From: Octopus bimaculoides
Taxonomy: Eukaryota
Length of the DNA stretch: 54,955 nucleotides
Direction: 5' to 3'
NCBI RefSeq assembly: GCF_001194135.2
Contig: NC_068982.1
Coordinates: forward strand, 154,989,973-155,044,927
This document shows, piece after piece, positions 37,222 through 49,368 of this stretch (position 1 is the stretch's first letter; each line of letters opens with the position of its first letter). The notes below the pieces were generated by a model. That model searched no databases. It was not told the DNA's origin and was given only the letters and a program-made list of their open reading frames with translations. The translations under genes and the position numbers were made by a program.

Positions 37222-37609
37222 AAGTAGACCTCGTATGATAAAGACATTTCAACCATGACCATTTCATTTTTTATTTCAGATGTTCTATATCCAGAACCAC
37301 ATGAGCAAATATGTTCTTTTCTTTTTAAAAGAAGGCCGAGGTGTAATTTGAAGAAGATAAGGCTGTTATTCTTAGAACGTCAAGCTGCTACGTAAGGGAT
37401 CGCTTTACGGCTCGTTATTTTCTATATGTAGTGGATTCTACGTCGGTATCGACAATGAGCTTTCAACTGTTCCAGCAACAATATTTCTACTCCCGAAATT
37501 GACGTGTAAGTGATTAATATTCCACAGATATGTATGTACATCTTTAACATAATTCTCAGGTCGAATTAGCATAATATAATATCAAATAATAATAATAATA
37601 ATGATAATA

Positions 37610-37889
37610 TATGTGGGAAATATGAAGGTTGTGGTCATTGAAAAGAGTAGACGTGATACCAATAGTAATTGGTGCACTTGGAAGTACCAGCACTCAACTA
37701 TCAACATGGCTGAAAAAGATCGATGCAAGTGTGAAGGTATAATACCTACAAAAACAGCATTGCTTGGAACTCCAAGAATTCTTCGCGGGGTTCTTGAAGT
37801 ATGACCAGTAAACAAGTGTCACCTTAGTCTGATGGCTGTGGACAGCTGACACGTTCCATCATACCCAGCAATATAAGCTGTGAATTTTA

Positions 37890-37890
<1 letters not shown>
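37610..37890 (+). mobile_element. RLE-type LINE 3' fragment (further family) between (AAT)n tracts
   Basis: VIPIVIGALGSTSTQLSTWLKKID...QKTALLGTPRILRGVLEV*. Confidence 0.85.
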
Positions 37891-37968
<78 letters not shown>

Positions 37969-38026
37969 AAGAAGAAGAAGAAGAAGAAGAAGAAGAAGAA
38001 GAAGAAGAAGAAGAAGAAGAAGAAGA
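37891..38026. repeat. (AAT)n followed by (GAA)n
   Basis: Direct. Confidence 0.97.
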
Positions 38027-39893
38027 ATGCCCGAAAGTGGTAACGGAGGGACTAAAACAGTGCCTCGTTGCAAAGAAAGCAAAGATGGTAAGATACGATC
38101 AAAGAATGAAAGAATACCAGCAGAATAGGTTATATTCATAGTAGATCTGAAGAGATTCGACAAAGAAATAAATGGAGAGTGTACAGATGAAAAGTTGATA
38201 CCAGATAACATTGAAAGTCAAAGGTTTTGGAGTGACATCTGGAGCAAAGACAAGGAGCACAAGAAGGATACTGAATGGTTGCAAGAACTGAAACAAACAG
38301 TAGTCTGTCCAAAACAGGCAGAACTAGTCATTTCAGTTAGGGAAGTGAAGGAAATCAGCAAAAAAATGGGCAATTGGGAGGCCCCGGGACCCGATGGAGT
38401 TCAAGGTTACTGGATCAAAAGATTTGGTGAATGTCATGCACGAATAGCTGCACAACTCAACACCTTGTTAAATGCCGACCAAGTAACACCAGACTGACAG
38501 AGTAATAGAAGGTAGAACAGAAGGCATATGGTTGCCAAGTGGTGAAATGATGAAGGCAATTCATCCTCAATTCAGCTATAAATACCTGGGAATACTTGAG
38601 GCAGATGGAATCAAACACAATGACATGAAGGAAACGACAAAAAGAGAGTACTTGCGGCGAGTGAGAAAAATATTGGCTTCAAAGCTAAATGCCAAGAACA
38701 TAATTTAAGCAATAAACTCGCGCGCAGTCGCAGTAGTTCGGTATGGCGCTAGAATCCTGAAGTGGATAGAGGAGGAACTAAAGGAGATGGACAAGAAGTC
38801 AAGAAAGCTTTTAATGATGGTGCCCATCTTCCACGTGTGGACACTGATCGCCTATACATGAAGAGAGCAAATGAAGGAAGAGGACTGATAAGTGTGGAAG
38901 AATACGTGCATATCGAATTCGAAAGCTTAATGAGATACCTAACCCAAAGTAAGGAAACCTTGTTAATGACAAGGAACGAAGGAGTATTGAAAGCAGAGAA
39001 AAAAAAGAAAAAAGAAAGGAAGAGTGCAAAAAAGACATGAAGAAGAATTACGCAAGAATGGACTACATAATCAATTCCATGCAGCCACAACAGAAGTTGC
39101 TGGATAAAATAGATGGGATTCGCTGAAGAAAGGAACGCTAAAAAAGAGACCGAGAGCACTATACTGGCAGCGCAAGACCAAGCTTTGGCCACAAACTGGA
39201 GTTTCAACCTTACGAATTAGCAAGTGTCTCCGTTGTGCCGCATCTGCAATAGAGTGGATGAAACCACTGCCCATATCATAAACGAATGCCCTAGACTTGC
39301 CCAAAACCACTACAAGTTGTAGTGACATGATCAAGTAGCGAAAGTGCTACATTGAAAACTGTGCGAAAAGTGAGAGCTAGAGAGAGGCAAGACGTAGTAT
39401 GAGCACAAACCGCAGAAAGTGACTAGAAATGTCCTCTGGGAGTTCCCAATCCAAACAGATCAGGTGCTACAGCATAACAGACCGGATCTAGTGGTGGTGG
39501 ACAAGAGGCACCACATATGCTATATGATTGATGTTGCATGCCCCTTTCACCTACGAATAGTCAAGAGGGAAGGCGAAAAAAATAGATAAATACAACCCTC
39601 TTAAATACGAAGTAAACTAGTTATGGAAAATGAAGGTGAAGAAAGTGCCATTTATTGTTGGATCCTTGGGAACAGTATCAGAAGGCACCAAGGGGAATAT
39701 AAAAGAAATTGGAATAGAGTTCCCAGTAGAACTGTTACAAAAGGTCTGCCGCTTTGGCACGGCCAGAACAATCAGGAAAGTATTAGGTAGCTGAAAAGAA
39801 TGGAAAGCATGGCAGCGTAGGCTGTAGGTAACAAGCCTGTTACGTATGTAAGACTCCAGGAGCTCCAACAAAACTTGTGATAAAGAGAAATAA
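38027..39893 (+). mobile_element. RLE-type LINE family 2, ~1.9 kb, decayed with internal deletions
   Basis: NWEAPGPDGVQGYWIK; YKYLGILE; RPDLVVVDKR; CYMIDVACP; VPFIVGSLG. Confidence 0.92.
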
Positions 39894-40057
39894 TCCTTTC
39901 TACTATAGGCACAAAGCCTGAAATTTTGGGGGAGGTGGGGGGACAGTCGATTAGATCGATCCCAGTACGCAACTTGTGCTTAATTTATCGACCCCGAAAG
40001 GATGAAATGCAAAGTCGACCTCGGCGGAATTTGAACTCAGAACGTAACGAAGTTTTG
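39893..40057 (-). mobile_element. SINE family A, tail abutting the LINE tail
   Basis: taatcctttctactataggcac...atcgaccccgaaaggatgaaatgcaaagtcgacctcggcggaatttgaactcag. Confidence 0.85.
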
Positions 40058-40299
40058 CTGCTTAATCGGATAGCCTTTCGAGGAGGTAGTAGAAACCACA
40101 GAAAGAAGACCCGAAACCATTTGCATACTCCATTCACTGAAAGTGCTTGTATAACCTACTGCTGAAACGTAGTGCATATATAAACCAATAAAATCAGGTT
40201 CTTAATTATTCTATTCCTCGCTTGTTGTCATATCTTGATATCTGGTAATGGTTGAATGAATAGAATACATTTTACAGTCGTAAAATATGACTCACTTTT

Positions 40300-40760
40300 T
40301 TTAAAGCTGAACTTATGATGTAGTGTCTGTTCTCATTACTTAAAATGTTTCTCTTGTGTGCATTGGAAGAAATGTCGTTTGTCTATGATCTAAATAGGAA
40401 AAGCCTTTATGTTGTTTTGTGATTTCGCTTTTTGTATGATTTCCATGGTTAATTCCAGCAAATCGTTTCCGGTGATGTCTTGTTGTGTGGTGTGACCACA
40501 GATGTGTTTTTACAAATCGATTTGTTTACCACTGAGACATTCCTTTCGTTAGTTTAGTTGTCTGATATTTTTTGTATTTCTTTTCCATGTGGTATTGGGG
40601 TGTTGTGTCCAATTTTTATTAATTTAGTTCTTTTGTTTGTGTAGTTTAGGATTTCATCGAATCCTCTTGGTAGAATTTATACTCGCATATATTTAATTAG
40701 TTTGTTGTATGTGCAGTGAGTTGTCATTAATGCGTGAGTGTGTTGAAATAATAGATGGGA
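40300..40760 (-). mobile_element. Possible very decayed AP-endonuclease LINE fragment
   Basis: QDITGNDLLELTMEII-like segment; weak. Confidence 0.3.
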
Positions 40761-41049
40761 TGACTAAGGAAAATTGTGACACTGTTTTGCCACAAAGATT
40801 TTCTAGATTTATTTGAAAAACAATAACCAGTATCCGAAATTTTGTAATTTGTGCCGTTTGACAATTCGATCCACTGATAATAATAGCTTCTGGGGAGGGC
40901 GTAAGTCGATTACAAAGACCCCAGTACTCGACTGGTACTTATTTTATCGACCCTGAAAGGATGAAAGGCAAAGCCAACTGCGGCGGAATTTGAACAAAAA
41001 TTGGGAAGCAAATTGTAGATTCGGTTCCACTACACGCCCCAAACAGTCT

Positions 41050-41379
41050 AAAGACCCCTTTCAGTCATCGATGACCATGGGATTGCACCTAGAAGGTTCC
41101 TCTCCGAGGCACAAAGCCGAGCAAGGTTGTTTATGGAAGACCAGCAGTCGCCCATGCATACCAGCCTCCCCTCTCCACGCTACCGATGTTATCCAAGGGA
41201 AAGACAAAAACTTAGCACCAGTGACGTAGCGGCTCATTTCTAGAGCTAAGTGAAATGGAGCAACATGAAATGAAGTGTCTTGCTCAAAAACACAACACAT
41301 AGCTAGTCAAGGAATCGAACCCACAACCTCATGATTGTGAGCCCGACACTCTAACCACTGAACCATGCGCCTTCACCAC
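41050..41379 (-). mobile_element. SINE family B3 (B-type head and CORE-like domain, different tail)
   Basis: rc gtggtgaaggcgcatggttcagtggttagagtgtcgggctc...gggttcgattcc...ttgagcaagacacttcatttcatgttgctcc. Confidence 0.85.
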
Positions 41380-41580
41380 ACCCCCCAAGCAATAACAAAA
41401 AAATTAATGAAATTCTAACATTTATATAGATTCAACATCAATTTTCGGAACCTTTACTTTGAAAGCTTTTCCAGAGTTACTGATTTTTCCGAACCAGAGT
41501 CGGTCACGTTGGTCAACACGCTAACTTCAACAAATATTTGATTTACTTGAGCAATTAAATGAAATGCAGGTACCTGTACA

Positions 41581-41731
41581 TTAGTATAAATGAAATAGGT
41601 TTATTAAATACTGTACAGTGCAAAGCCCTAGTAAACTAGTCTTGTGGCTGCTGGAATTTGAAGTTTCTGCTCGTAAATTAGTGCGGATTATAAGAGGTTC
41701 AGGACCAGTGTCTGGAAAGTCGGTGTTGTAC
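41581..41731 (-). CDS. Probable terminal coding exon of an unidentified gene, GPI-signal-like C-terminus
   Basis: ttttaaaatacag|G TAC AAC...TAC TAA; YNTDFPDTGPEPLIIRTNLRAETSNSSSHKTSLLGLCTVQYLINLFHLY*; phase-compatible with 44697-44747. Confidence 0.65.
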
Positions 41732-41757
41732 CTGTATTTTAAAATTAATTGTGTTTC

Positions 41758-42230
41758 AGATGAGATTTCTGAGGGCTATGGTTGGTGTGACACGGATGAA
41801 CAGGATGAGAAATGAGGAGGTGCAAAGACGAACAGAAATGAGAGAAAAACTAACAACCAAAGGGATAAACGAATATTGAGTTGGTTTGGCCACATGGAGA
41901 GGATGGATGTGGAGCGGATGGGAAGGTGGGTGATAAAGGCTGAAGTGGTACGCAGCAGAACCAGAGGCAGACCTCGGTTTGTGTGGATGGATGGAGCTGG
42001 GAAAGCTTTGGTGGTTAGAGGTGTTGGAGCGAGAGAGGTAAGCGAGTTTATAAATGATAAGAAAGCTTAGGAAGTGTTTGTGGACGGATGAGTGAATTTT
42101 GATGTTGCTCAAAGGGGTACGAAATCAGCATGATGCGGCGGGGGTAAACCAGCATATGCTGTCGGGCTCCGCTGCTAATATTGGGGGTTGCGTTCTATGC
42201 CTTCACCCGAGTAGAGAACGGGTCTCGCCC
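41758..42230 (+). mobile_element. RTE-type LINE 3' end
   Basis: MRFLRAMVGVTRMNRMRNEEV...LSWFGHMERM...RGRPRFVWMD. Confidence 0.85.
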
Positions 42231-42234
42231 ATTT

Positions 42235-42288
<54 letters not shown>

Positions 42289-42337
42289 CCTTCAAAGAGA
42301 CAGGCAGGCCGATAGGGAGATAGGTAGACAGACAGAC

Positions 42338-42387
<50 letters not shown>

Positions 42388-42754
42388 ACAAGTTTTTAAT
42401 TTACTTCCTCAATAATTTCAGTTTAATACTGCTANNNNNNNNNNNNNNNNNNNNNNNNNNNNNNNNNNNNNNNNNNNNNNNNNNNNNNNNNNNNNNNNNN
42501 NNNNNNNNNNNNNNNNNNNNNNNNNNNNNNNNNNNNNNNNNNNNNNNNNNNNNNNNNNNNNNNNNNNNNNNNNNNNNNNNNNNNNNNNNNNNNNNNNNNN
42601 NNNNNNNNNNNNNNNNNNNNNNNNNNNNNNNNNNNNNNNNNNNNNNNNNNNNNNNNNNNNNNNNNNNNNNNNNNNNNNNNNNNNNNNNNNNNNNNNNNNN
42701 NNNNNNNNNNNNNNNNNNNNNNNNNNNNNNNNNNNNNNNNNNNNNNNNNNNNNN

Positions 42755-42818
<64 letters not shown>

Positions 42819-43014
42819 GCCGTATATATTAATAAATAACTAGACAAACAAATAGATTGATATATAGACAAATAAATATACATGAATAAATGAATACGTG
42901 TGTACGTGTATGTATTTACGTACGTACGTACGTATGTACGTACGTATGTATGTATGTATGTATGCATGCATGTGTGTATGCCTGTCTGTCTGTATGTATG
43001 TAAGTATGCAAATA

Positions 43015-43483
43015 CCAGTTAGGTTGGACCGGACACCTTATTAGAATGAAGGATAGCAAGATCCCTAAGCAGATGTTATATGGGGAACTTGTGAATGGAA
43101 AGAGACCCATGCAGAAACCAAGGCTGCGATTTAAGGACTGTGTCAAGTCCTCGTTAAAGTCCTGTGATACGCAGGAGACTGACTGGGAAAACAACGCCTG
43201 TCATCGCCACAGATGGAGGAAGCAGGTTAAGGAGGGAGTTGACACTTTAGAGAGAACACGTATTCAGCATGAAGAACTTAAGCGTGCTGCTCGAAAGCGC
43301 ACTGCTGGTGTAGGGAATGGGGAAAGCTTGGTGTGCAATGTTTGCAGTCGTGTATGCTTGTCAAGAGCAGGGCTCATTAGCCACCAACGGAGCCGCGAAT
43401 GCAAAATATAAGTTAGTCCTAGAGTGCACAATGTTCCTGAAGGTCAGCAATGGTATTCCTCGGTCACGAGTGGACGGCCATCC
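43015..43483 (+). mobile_element. RTE (BovB-like) LINE 3' end with C-terminal C2H2 finger
   Basis: WTGHLIRMKDSKIPKQMLYGEL...KPRLRFKD...CNVCSRVCLSRAGLISHQR. Confidence 0.9.
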
Positions 43484-44696
43484 TGTATGTATGTATGTAT
43501 TTATGTACGTATGTATGTGCATGTATGCCACGGGCTGCTCTACAATTTCTGCCTACCAAATTCCATTAACAAGTCACTTTTGACCTAAATACTATAGTAG
43601 GAGTGCTACGTGGTGGGATGGAACCGAAGGCCACATGATTGCCCAGTAAATTTGTTAACCAAAGCTTTTTCTTTCCTAAAATCCACTTCAACAAATATTG
43701 CAGCGTGTAGCCTCTAAGCATCAAAAATATTCTCATCTATAATGGCGTTTACCAACAAGCTGATAGTTAGTATTCAATGATGTATGACAAAAATGTCAGC
43801 TAGTCATTATTGGGTTTATCTGAGCGACCAATTCCCTTTTAATATCATCAATATATAAATAGTTATACAAGAGAAATAACTTAACACAACATAGTGCAGG
43901 TTGTTATATAGAAGCAATAATAATTTCTAATATGCTCACCGGCATTATATAGAAGTAATAGTGAATTCTTTCAGAGGTGCATGAATGGAAAAATGATTGA
44001 AGGAAGGAAGAAAGAACGAAGGAAAGAAGGAATGAATGAACGAACGGACGAACGAATATTCCCAACTTCATGATTGCGGATCGTAGGTCTGAACCACGAC
44101 TACTTACTCCTCGCCAATTTTTACTATTTCGTGTTGTCGTTGTATACTCTGTCGGGGTCCTCTTTGTTTAGTCTTTGATGTCATCACTTTACGTCGTCTT
44201 TGTCGCCTGCGATCAAGTTTTCCGATCGCCCAGTACTCGAAGTTGTGGGCACAGAGGTTCTGGATCTTGATAAAGTGGCCAAATTTATAGTAGTCTTTGC
44301 TGTCTGACCATCGTCACCAACTTCAGTTACGCTTACATAGATACAAGACCATGTATTTTAAAGGAGGATACAGCCAATTATATCGATCCCGAAGAAATTG
44401 AACACAAAACTAATGTCGACAGAATTTGACCCAGAAATGAAAAGGACGTAAATATATGCAACGAGGTATTTTCGTATAAACCTGAAAGTGCAGACTACAT
44501 TCAGCTTTCCACGCTCTATTTGTATAGAAATTATTGGACGTAGAAATTACTGAGTAGTTACGAAGTTCACTGTGCAATCACGAGGTTCTGTGTTCGATTA
44601 CACTACGTGACATTTTGAGTAAGTGTCGTTTATCATAGCCTTGGGTCACCCTAAGCCTTGCAAATAAAATTAGGGAGTCTGTCGAATGGACTTTAC

Positions 44697-44747
44697 ATGT
44701 GATTCAAAGGTCCAGCATTGTCATATATTGTATCATAATCACACGAC
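44697..44747 (-). CDS. Probable penultimate coding exon (SCDYDTIYDNAGPLNH-M)
   Basis: tcattattttcag|GTCGTG...TCACAT|gtaaag; 51 nt, phase 2-2; AT|G junction joins in frame to 41731. Confidence 0.65.
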
Positions 44748-44874
44748 CTGAAAATAATGATAACGGTACACAGGTTAGTGGGATATTCAGCCAATTACAC
44801 ATCAATTTAACAAACAGGATTTCTGTTGGTCGAACAAATGAATGGGCATCGTCGAAACTGACGGAGATTCTATC

Positions 44875-45258
44875 GTAGAAATAATAATAATCCTTTCTAA
44901 TTTTAGCACAAGGTAGCAATTTCGAAGGGAGGAGAAAGTCAATTACATCGATCTAGTACTGACACTTATTTTTGATGTCTTCGAAAAGATGAAAGGCAAA
45001 TTCGACCACGGCAGAGTTTAAACTCAGAACGTATGTCCGATGCACACTAAAGATTCTGCTTGTTTGCCGCTTTTATCATAGAAATAATTCTTTTTCTATA
45101 GGTACAATGCCCGAAATTTGGGGGAAGGGTCTAGTCGATTACATTGTCCCCCCATGCTAAATAGGCACTCCTCGGTAGCTTTTGAACTCAGAAAGTAAAG
45201 AACCGGAAGAACTGCAGCTAAGTATTTTGTTCGACGTGGTAACGATTCTGCCAGCTAG
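44875..45258 (-). mobile_element. Two tandem SINE family A copies (44875-45070, 45085-45258)
   Basis: rc cores gatgaaaggcaaattcgacc...aactcagaac; aacgattctgccagct. Confidence 0.7.
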
Positions 45259-45370
45259 CATAGGGATAATTATGGAAATGTTTATCAGTTACTAAGCCAA
45301 CGCATTACTCACAATGATTTGAACTTCGCCTCCTAAAAAATATAGAGTCTAACATTTAGAGTAACACCGG

Positions 45371-45535
45371 TAAGGCGGTGAGCTGGCAGAATCGTTAGCC
45401 GAGCGAAATGTTTAGCGGCATTTTGTCCGTCCTTACGTTCTGAGTTCAAATTCCGCCGTTCAAATTCTGGGGGTCGATTTAATCAATTTGGCTCCAGCCC
45501 CAAAACTGCTGACCTTGTGTTAAAAATTCAAACCA
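45371..45535 (+). mobile_element. SINE family A, internally deleted
   Basis: taaggcggtgagctggcagaatcgttagc...gttcaaattccgcc. Confidence 0.8.
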
Positions 45536-45973
45536 ATATTTAGAACAACGTTACTGATGACGGGGTGTAGCTACTTCAAAAAAGTGGTGTAATTCTGTAA
45601 CAGGTGAATAAAACTTGCAATATAATGAAGTTTTAATTGAAGCTTTTTAAAAATGTGTATATATATATATATATATATATATNNNNNNNNNNNNNNNNNN
45701 NNNNNNNNNNNNNNNNNNNNNNNNNNNNNNNNNNNNNNNNNNNNNNNNNNNNNNNNNNNNNNNNNNNNNNNNNNNNNNNNNNNNNNNNNNNNNNNNNNNN
45801 NNNNNNNNNNNNNNNNNNNNNNNNNNNNNNNNNNNNNNNNNNNNNNNNNNNAGATAGATTTCTATCTACAGAAAAAAATATATAGTTCCATAGTGAACTT
45901 TTTACACAATTATAACGAATAGAATATTGTGTTTACTTACCTGACAGACAGACAAACAGACAGACAGACAAAC

Positions 45974-46058
<85 letters not shown>

Positions 46059-46339
46059 TTATAGAGTTTTATCTGTCTGAAAAGTGAATGGAGTTGAGAT
46101 CAAGTGTTGAAGGAGGAACTTCGCAACTACGTGGTTTCGGGTGCGCATTCATTACGCAGCACTTTGAACAAGCATCTACCACCATATCTCCCAAGTTAAG
46201 CAGTGCTTTGTGAGAGGAAATCGGTAGACAAAAACTTATTCAGGAGCCTGTAGTATGTATGAATGTATTTATATACGTAAGTGTATGCGCGCGTATGTGT
46301 TCGCATGTGTGTGTACGTGTGTGTGTTCAATTGGTATTT

Positions 46340-46470
46340 ATTCTAACAAATCCAAAAGGATGAAAGACAAAGCCGACTTCGGCAGAATTTGAACTCAGAA
46401 CGTAAAGACAGACGAAATAACGTTAAGCGTTTTGCCTGGTGTGCTAGCGATTCTGCCAGCTCGTCGCCTT
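46340..46470 (-). mobile_element. SINE family A
   Basis: ggatgaaagacaaagccgacttcggcagaatttgaactcag...ctgccagctcgtcgcctt. Confidence 0.8.
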
Positions 46471-46477
46471 CCATATA

Positions 46478-46848
46478 TGTTGTTGGCATTCCGTCGCTTA
46501 CGACGTCGAGGGTTCCAGTTGGTCCGATCAACGGAACAGCCTGCTCGTGAAATTAACGTGCAAATGGCTGAGCACTCCACAGACACGTGTACCCTTAACG
46601 TAGTTCTCGGGGATATTCAGCGTGACACAGTGTGACAAGGCTGACCCTTCGAATTACAGGCACAACAGAAACCGGAAGTAAAAGTGAGAGAAAGTTGTGG
46701 TGAAAGAATACAGCAGGGTTCGCCACTATTCCCTGCCGGAGCCTCGTGGAGCTTTAAGTGTTTTTGCTCAATAAACACAACGCCCGGTTTGGGAATCGAA
46801 ACCGCGATCCTGTGACCGCGAGTCCACTGCCCTAACCACTGGGCCATT
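46478..46848 (-). mobile_element. SINE family B1, head runs into gap
   Basis: Colinear with 34968-35349. Confidence 0.92.
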
Positions 46849-47469
46849 NNNNNNNNNNNNNNNNNNNNNNNNNNNNNNNNNNNNNNNNNNNNNNNNNNNN
46901 NNNNNNNNNNNNNNNNNNNNNNNNNNNNNNNNNNNNNNNNNNNNNNNNNNNNNNNNNNNNNNNNNNNNNNNNNNNNNNNNNNNNNNNNNNNNNNNNNNNN
47001 NNNNNNNNNNNNNNNNNNNNNNNNNNNNNNNNNNNNNNNNNNNNNNNNNNNNNNNNNNNNNNNNNNNNNNNNNNNNNNNNNNNNNNNNNNNNNNNNNNNN
47101 NNNNNNNNNNNNNNNNNNNNNNNNNNNNNNNNNNNNNNNNNNNNNNNNNNNNNNNNNNNNNNNNNNNNNNNNNNNNNNNNNNNNNNNNNNNNNNNNNNNN
47201 NNNNNNNNNNNNNNNNNNNNNNNNNNNNNNNNNNNNNNNNNNNNNNNNNNNNNNNNNNNNNNNNNNNNNNNNNNNNNNNNNNNNNNNNNNNNNNNNNNNN
47301 NNNNNNNNNNNNNNNNNNNNNNNNNNNNNNNNNNNNNNNNNNNNNNNNNNNNNNNNNNNNNNNNNNNNNNNNNNNNNNNNNNNNNNNNNNNNNNNNNNNN
47401 NNNNNNNNNNNNNNNNNNNNNNNNNNNNNNNNNNNNNNNNNNNNNNNNNNNNNNNNNNNNNNNNNNNNN

Positions 47470-47765
47470 ATTGAGCGAAAACACCTAAAGCTCCACGAGG
47501 CACCGGCAGGGGATGGTGGCGAACGCTGCTGTCCTCTTTTACCACAACTTTCTCTCACTCTTTCTTCCTGTTTCTGTTGTGCCTGTAATTCAAAGGGTCG
47601 GCCTTGTCACACTGTGTCACGCTGAATGTCCCCGAGAACTACGTTAAGGGTACACGTGTCTGTGGAGTGCTCAGCCACTTGCACGTTATTTTTACGAGCA
47701 GGCTGTTCCGTTGATCGGGTCAGCTGGAACCCTCGACGTCGTAAGCGACGGAGTGCCAACAACAA
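47470..47765 (+). mobile_element. SINE family B1, head in gap
   Basis: ttgagcgaaaacacctaaagctccacgagg...gagtgccaacaacaac. Confidence 0.92.
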
Positions 47766-48035
47766 CGAATCCCTACCGTATTTGTGTTTAAAATATAGAA
47801 CACAACTCAGGGGTATTTCCTCCCGCCCTATTGTTGTGATTCATATAATCAAAATCATTACATTTCCTTTATATCTATATATATATTAAATAAAGCAATG
47901 AACTGGCAAAATCGTTAGAGCGTTGGGTGATAATATCTTATGGATTTGGTTCTGGGTCCGTGTGCTCTGAGTTGAAATTCCGCTGAAGTAGTTTCGTCTT
48001 TCAGAATCAATAAACAAATTATTAATGTAGTGTCG

Positions 48036-48255
48036 TAAAATGGCGAGCTGGCAGAATCGTTAGCACACCGAACAAAATGCTTAGTGGCGTTTCGTCCGTC
48101 TTTATGTTCTGAGTTCATATTCCACCGAGGTCTACTTTGCCTTTCATCATTTCGGGGTCGATAAGTTAAGTACCAGTAAAATACTGGGTTTGATGTTATC
48201 GACTGTCCTCTCCCCCAAATTTCAGGCCTTGTGCCTATTGTAGAAAGGATTATTG
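48036..48255 (+). mobile_element. SINE family A
   Basis: atggcgagctggcagaatcgttagc...gcctttcatcatttcggggtcgataagttaagtacc...gtagaaaggattatt. Confidence 0.88.
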
Positions 48256-48599
48256 TTGTTGTTGTTGTTGTGATGGTGGTGGTGGTGGTCCCAGCTCTGC
48301 TCTTACTCAAGAGACTTGTGATCAAAGCTATTTTTAAAGAACTACATTATATAATGTTTATTTCAATGTTTATGTACTTTTTGATGACACAGTGTGATTT
48401 GAGGTGACAGTGTGATAGTTATTAATAGCAGTTCAAGACCACGTAGAGTCTCTCATTTTTTCTTGTGTAAATGTGCTTACTCGTATTCGAATGCTCAATG
48501 CGGATGTTGTTGGTTGGGTCTGATATCAGCTCTGACTGAGCACAGCTATGATCAAGAGCATCCCAATCACAATAATCGTGTCTTATTATTCAGCTATAG

Positions 48600-48822
48600 T
48601 AAGGCGGCGAGGTGGCAGAATTGTTAGCACCGTACAAAATGCTTTGCAGAATTTCGTCCATCTTTGCATTCTGAGTTCTGATTCTGCTGAGGTCAACTTT
48701 ACTTTTCATCATTTCGGGGTCGATAAAATAAGTACCAGTCAAGTACTGGGATTGATGTAATCGACTTTCGCCATCTCCTAAAAAAATTTCAGGCCTTGTG
48801 CCTATTAGCAGAAATAATTATT
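48600..48822 (+). mobile_element. SINE family A
   Basis: taaggcggcgaggtggcagaattgttagc...ggggtcgataaaataagtaccag. Confidence 0.88.
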
Positions 48823-49148
48823 CACACATGGTGTGTCAGACTGCTAACTAATGAAATTCCAATGAAGTCACACATCTAAAGTATGTGACGTGAGTTCAGA
48901 AGAGCTCTATGCACTCGGAGCGCGCCGGGGGATTAATGAGAATTCAAGAAGAGGAAATAACAAGTGCTCTGTAGTATAATCGCTAACAAGTCACTGTCGC
49001 TTGTTAAGTAATAGGTATTTGGTTTGTTGGGTGGATATAGTCGATTATACTGATCCCAGTACTTGAGATGTTTTTTTACCGATTCCAAAAGAAATTGAAC
49101 TTGGCTGAATTTGAACGGAGAAATATACAAATACATTGTGCACATCAA

Positions 49149-49368
49149 CCCTTAAGCATTCAAACCAGACATATCCAGTTTAAATATTCTACCTGTTTTA
49201 TGTTCAAGCCAACCAGATGCAACCTCTCATACCTACCCTGCAATGTCCTTCTAAAAATAAGCAATCACGTCATGAAAATCTCAAAGCTGCAAGATGATAC
49301 ATGATTAATTCAAAGCAATGTGAATAAATAAGCATTATATTTGACAGAATAATTTGAGTGATAAAGGG
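49149..49368. mobile_element. piggyBac-like MITE (~220 bp)
   Basis: tcaa|cccttaagcattcaaa ... tttgagtgataaaggg|ttaa: CCC/GGG ends with a TTAA-type TSD. Confidence 0.7.

Noticed and set aside
37281-37402. Plus-strand open frame between a strong acceptor and gtaagg
   Set aside because: Sequence is a copy of repeat family C
45556-45600. CTGATGAcgggg, resembling the start of the 5456 ribozyme
   Set aside because: GAAA and stem III are absent
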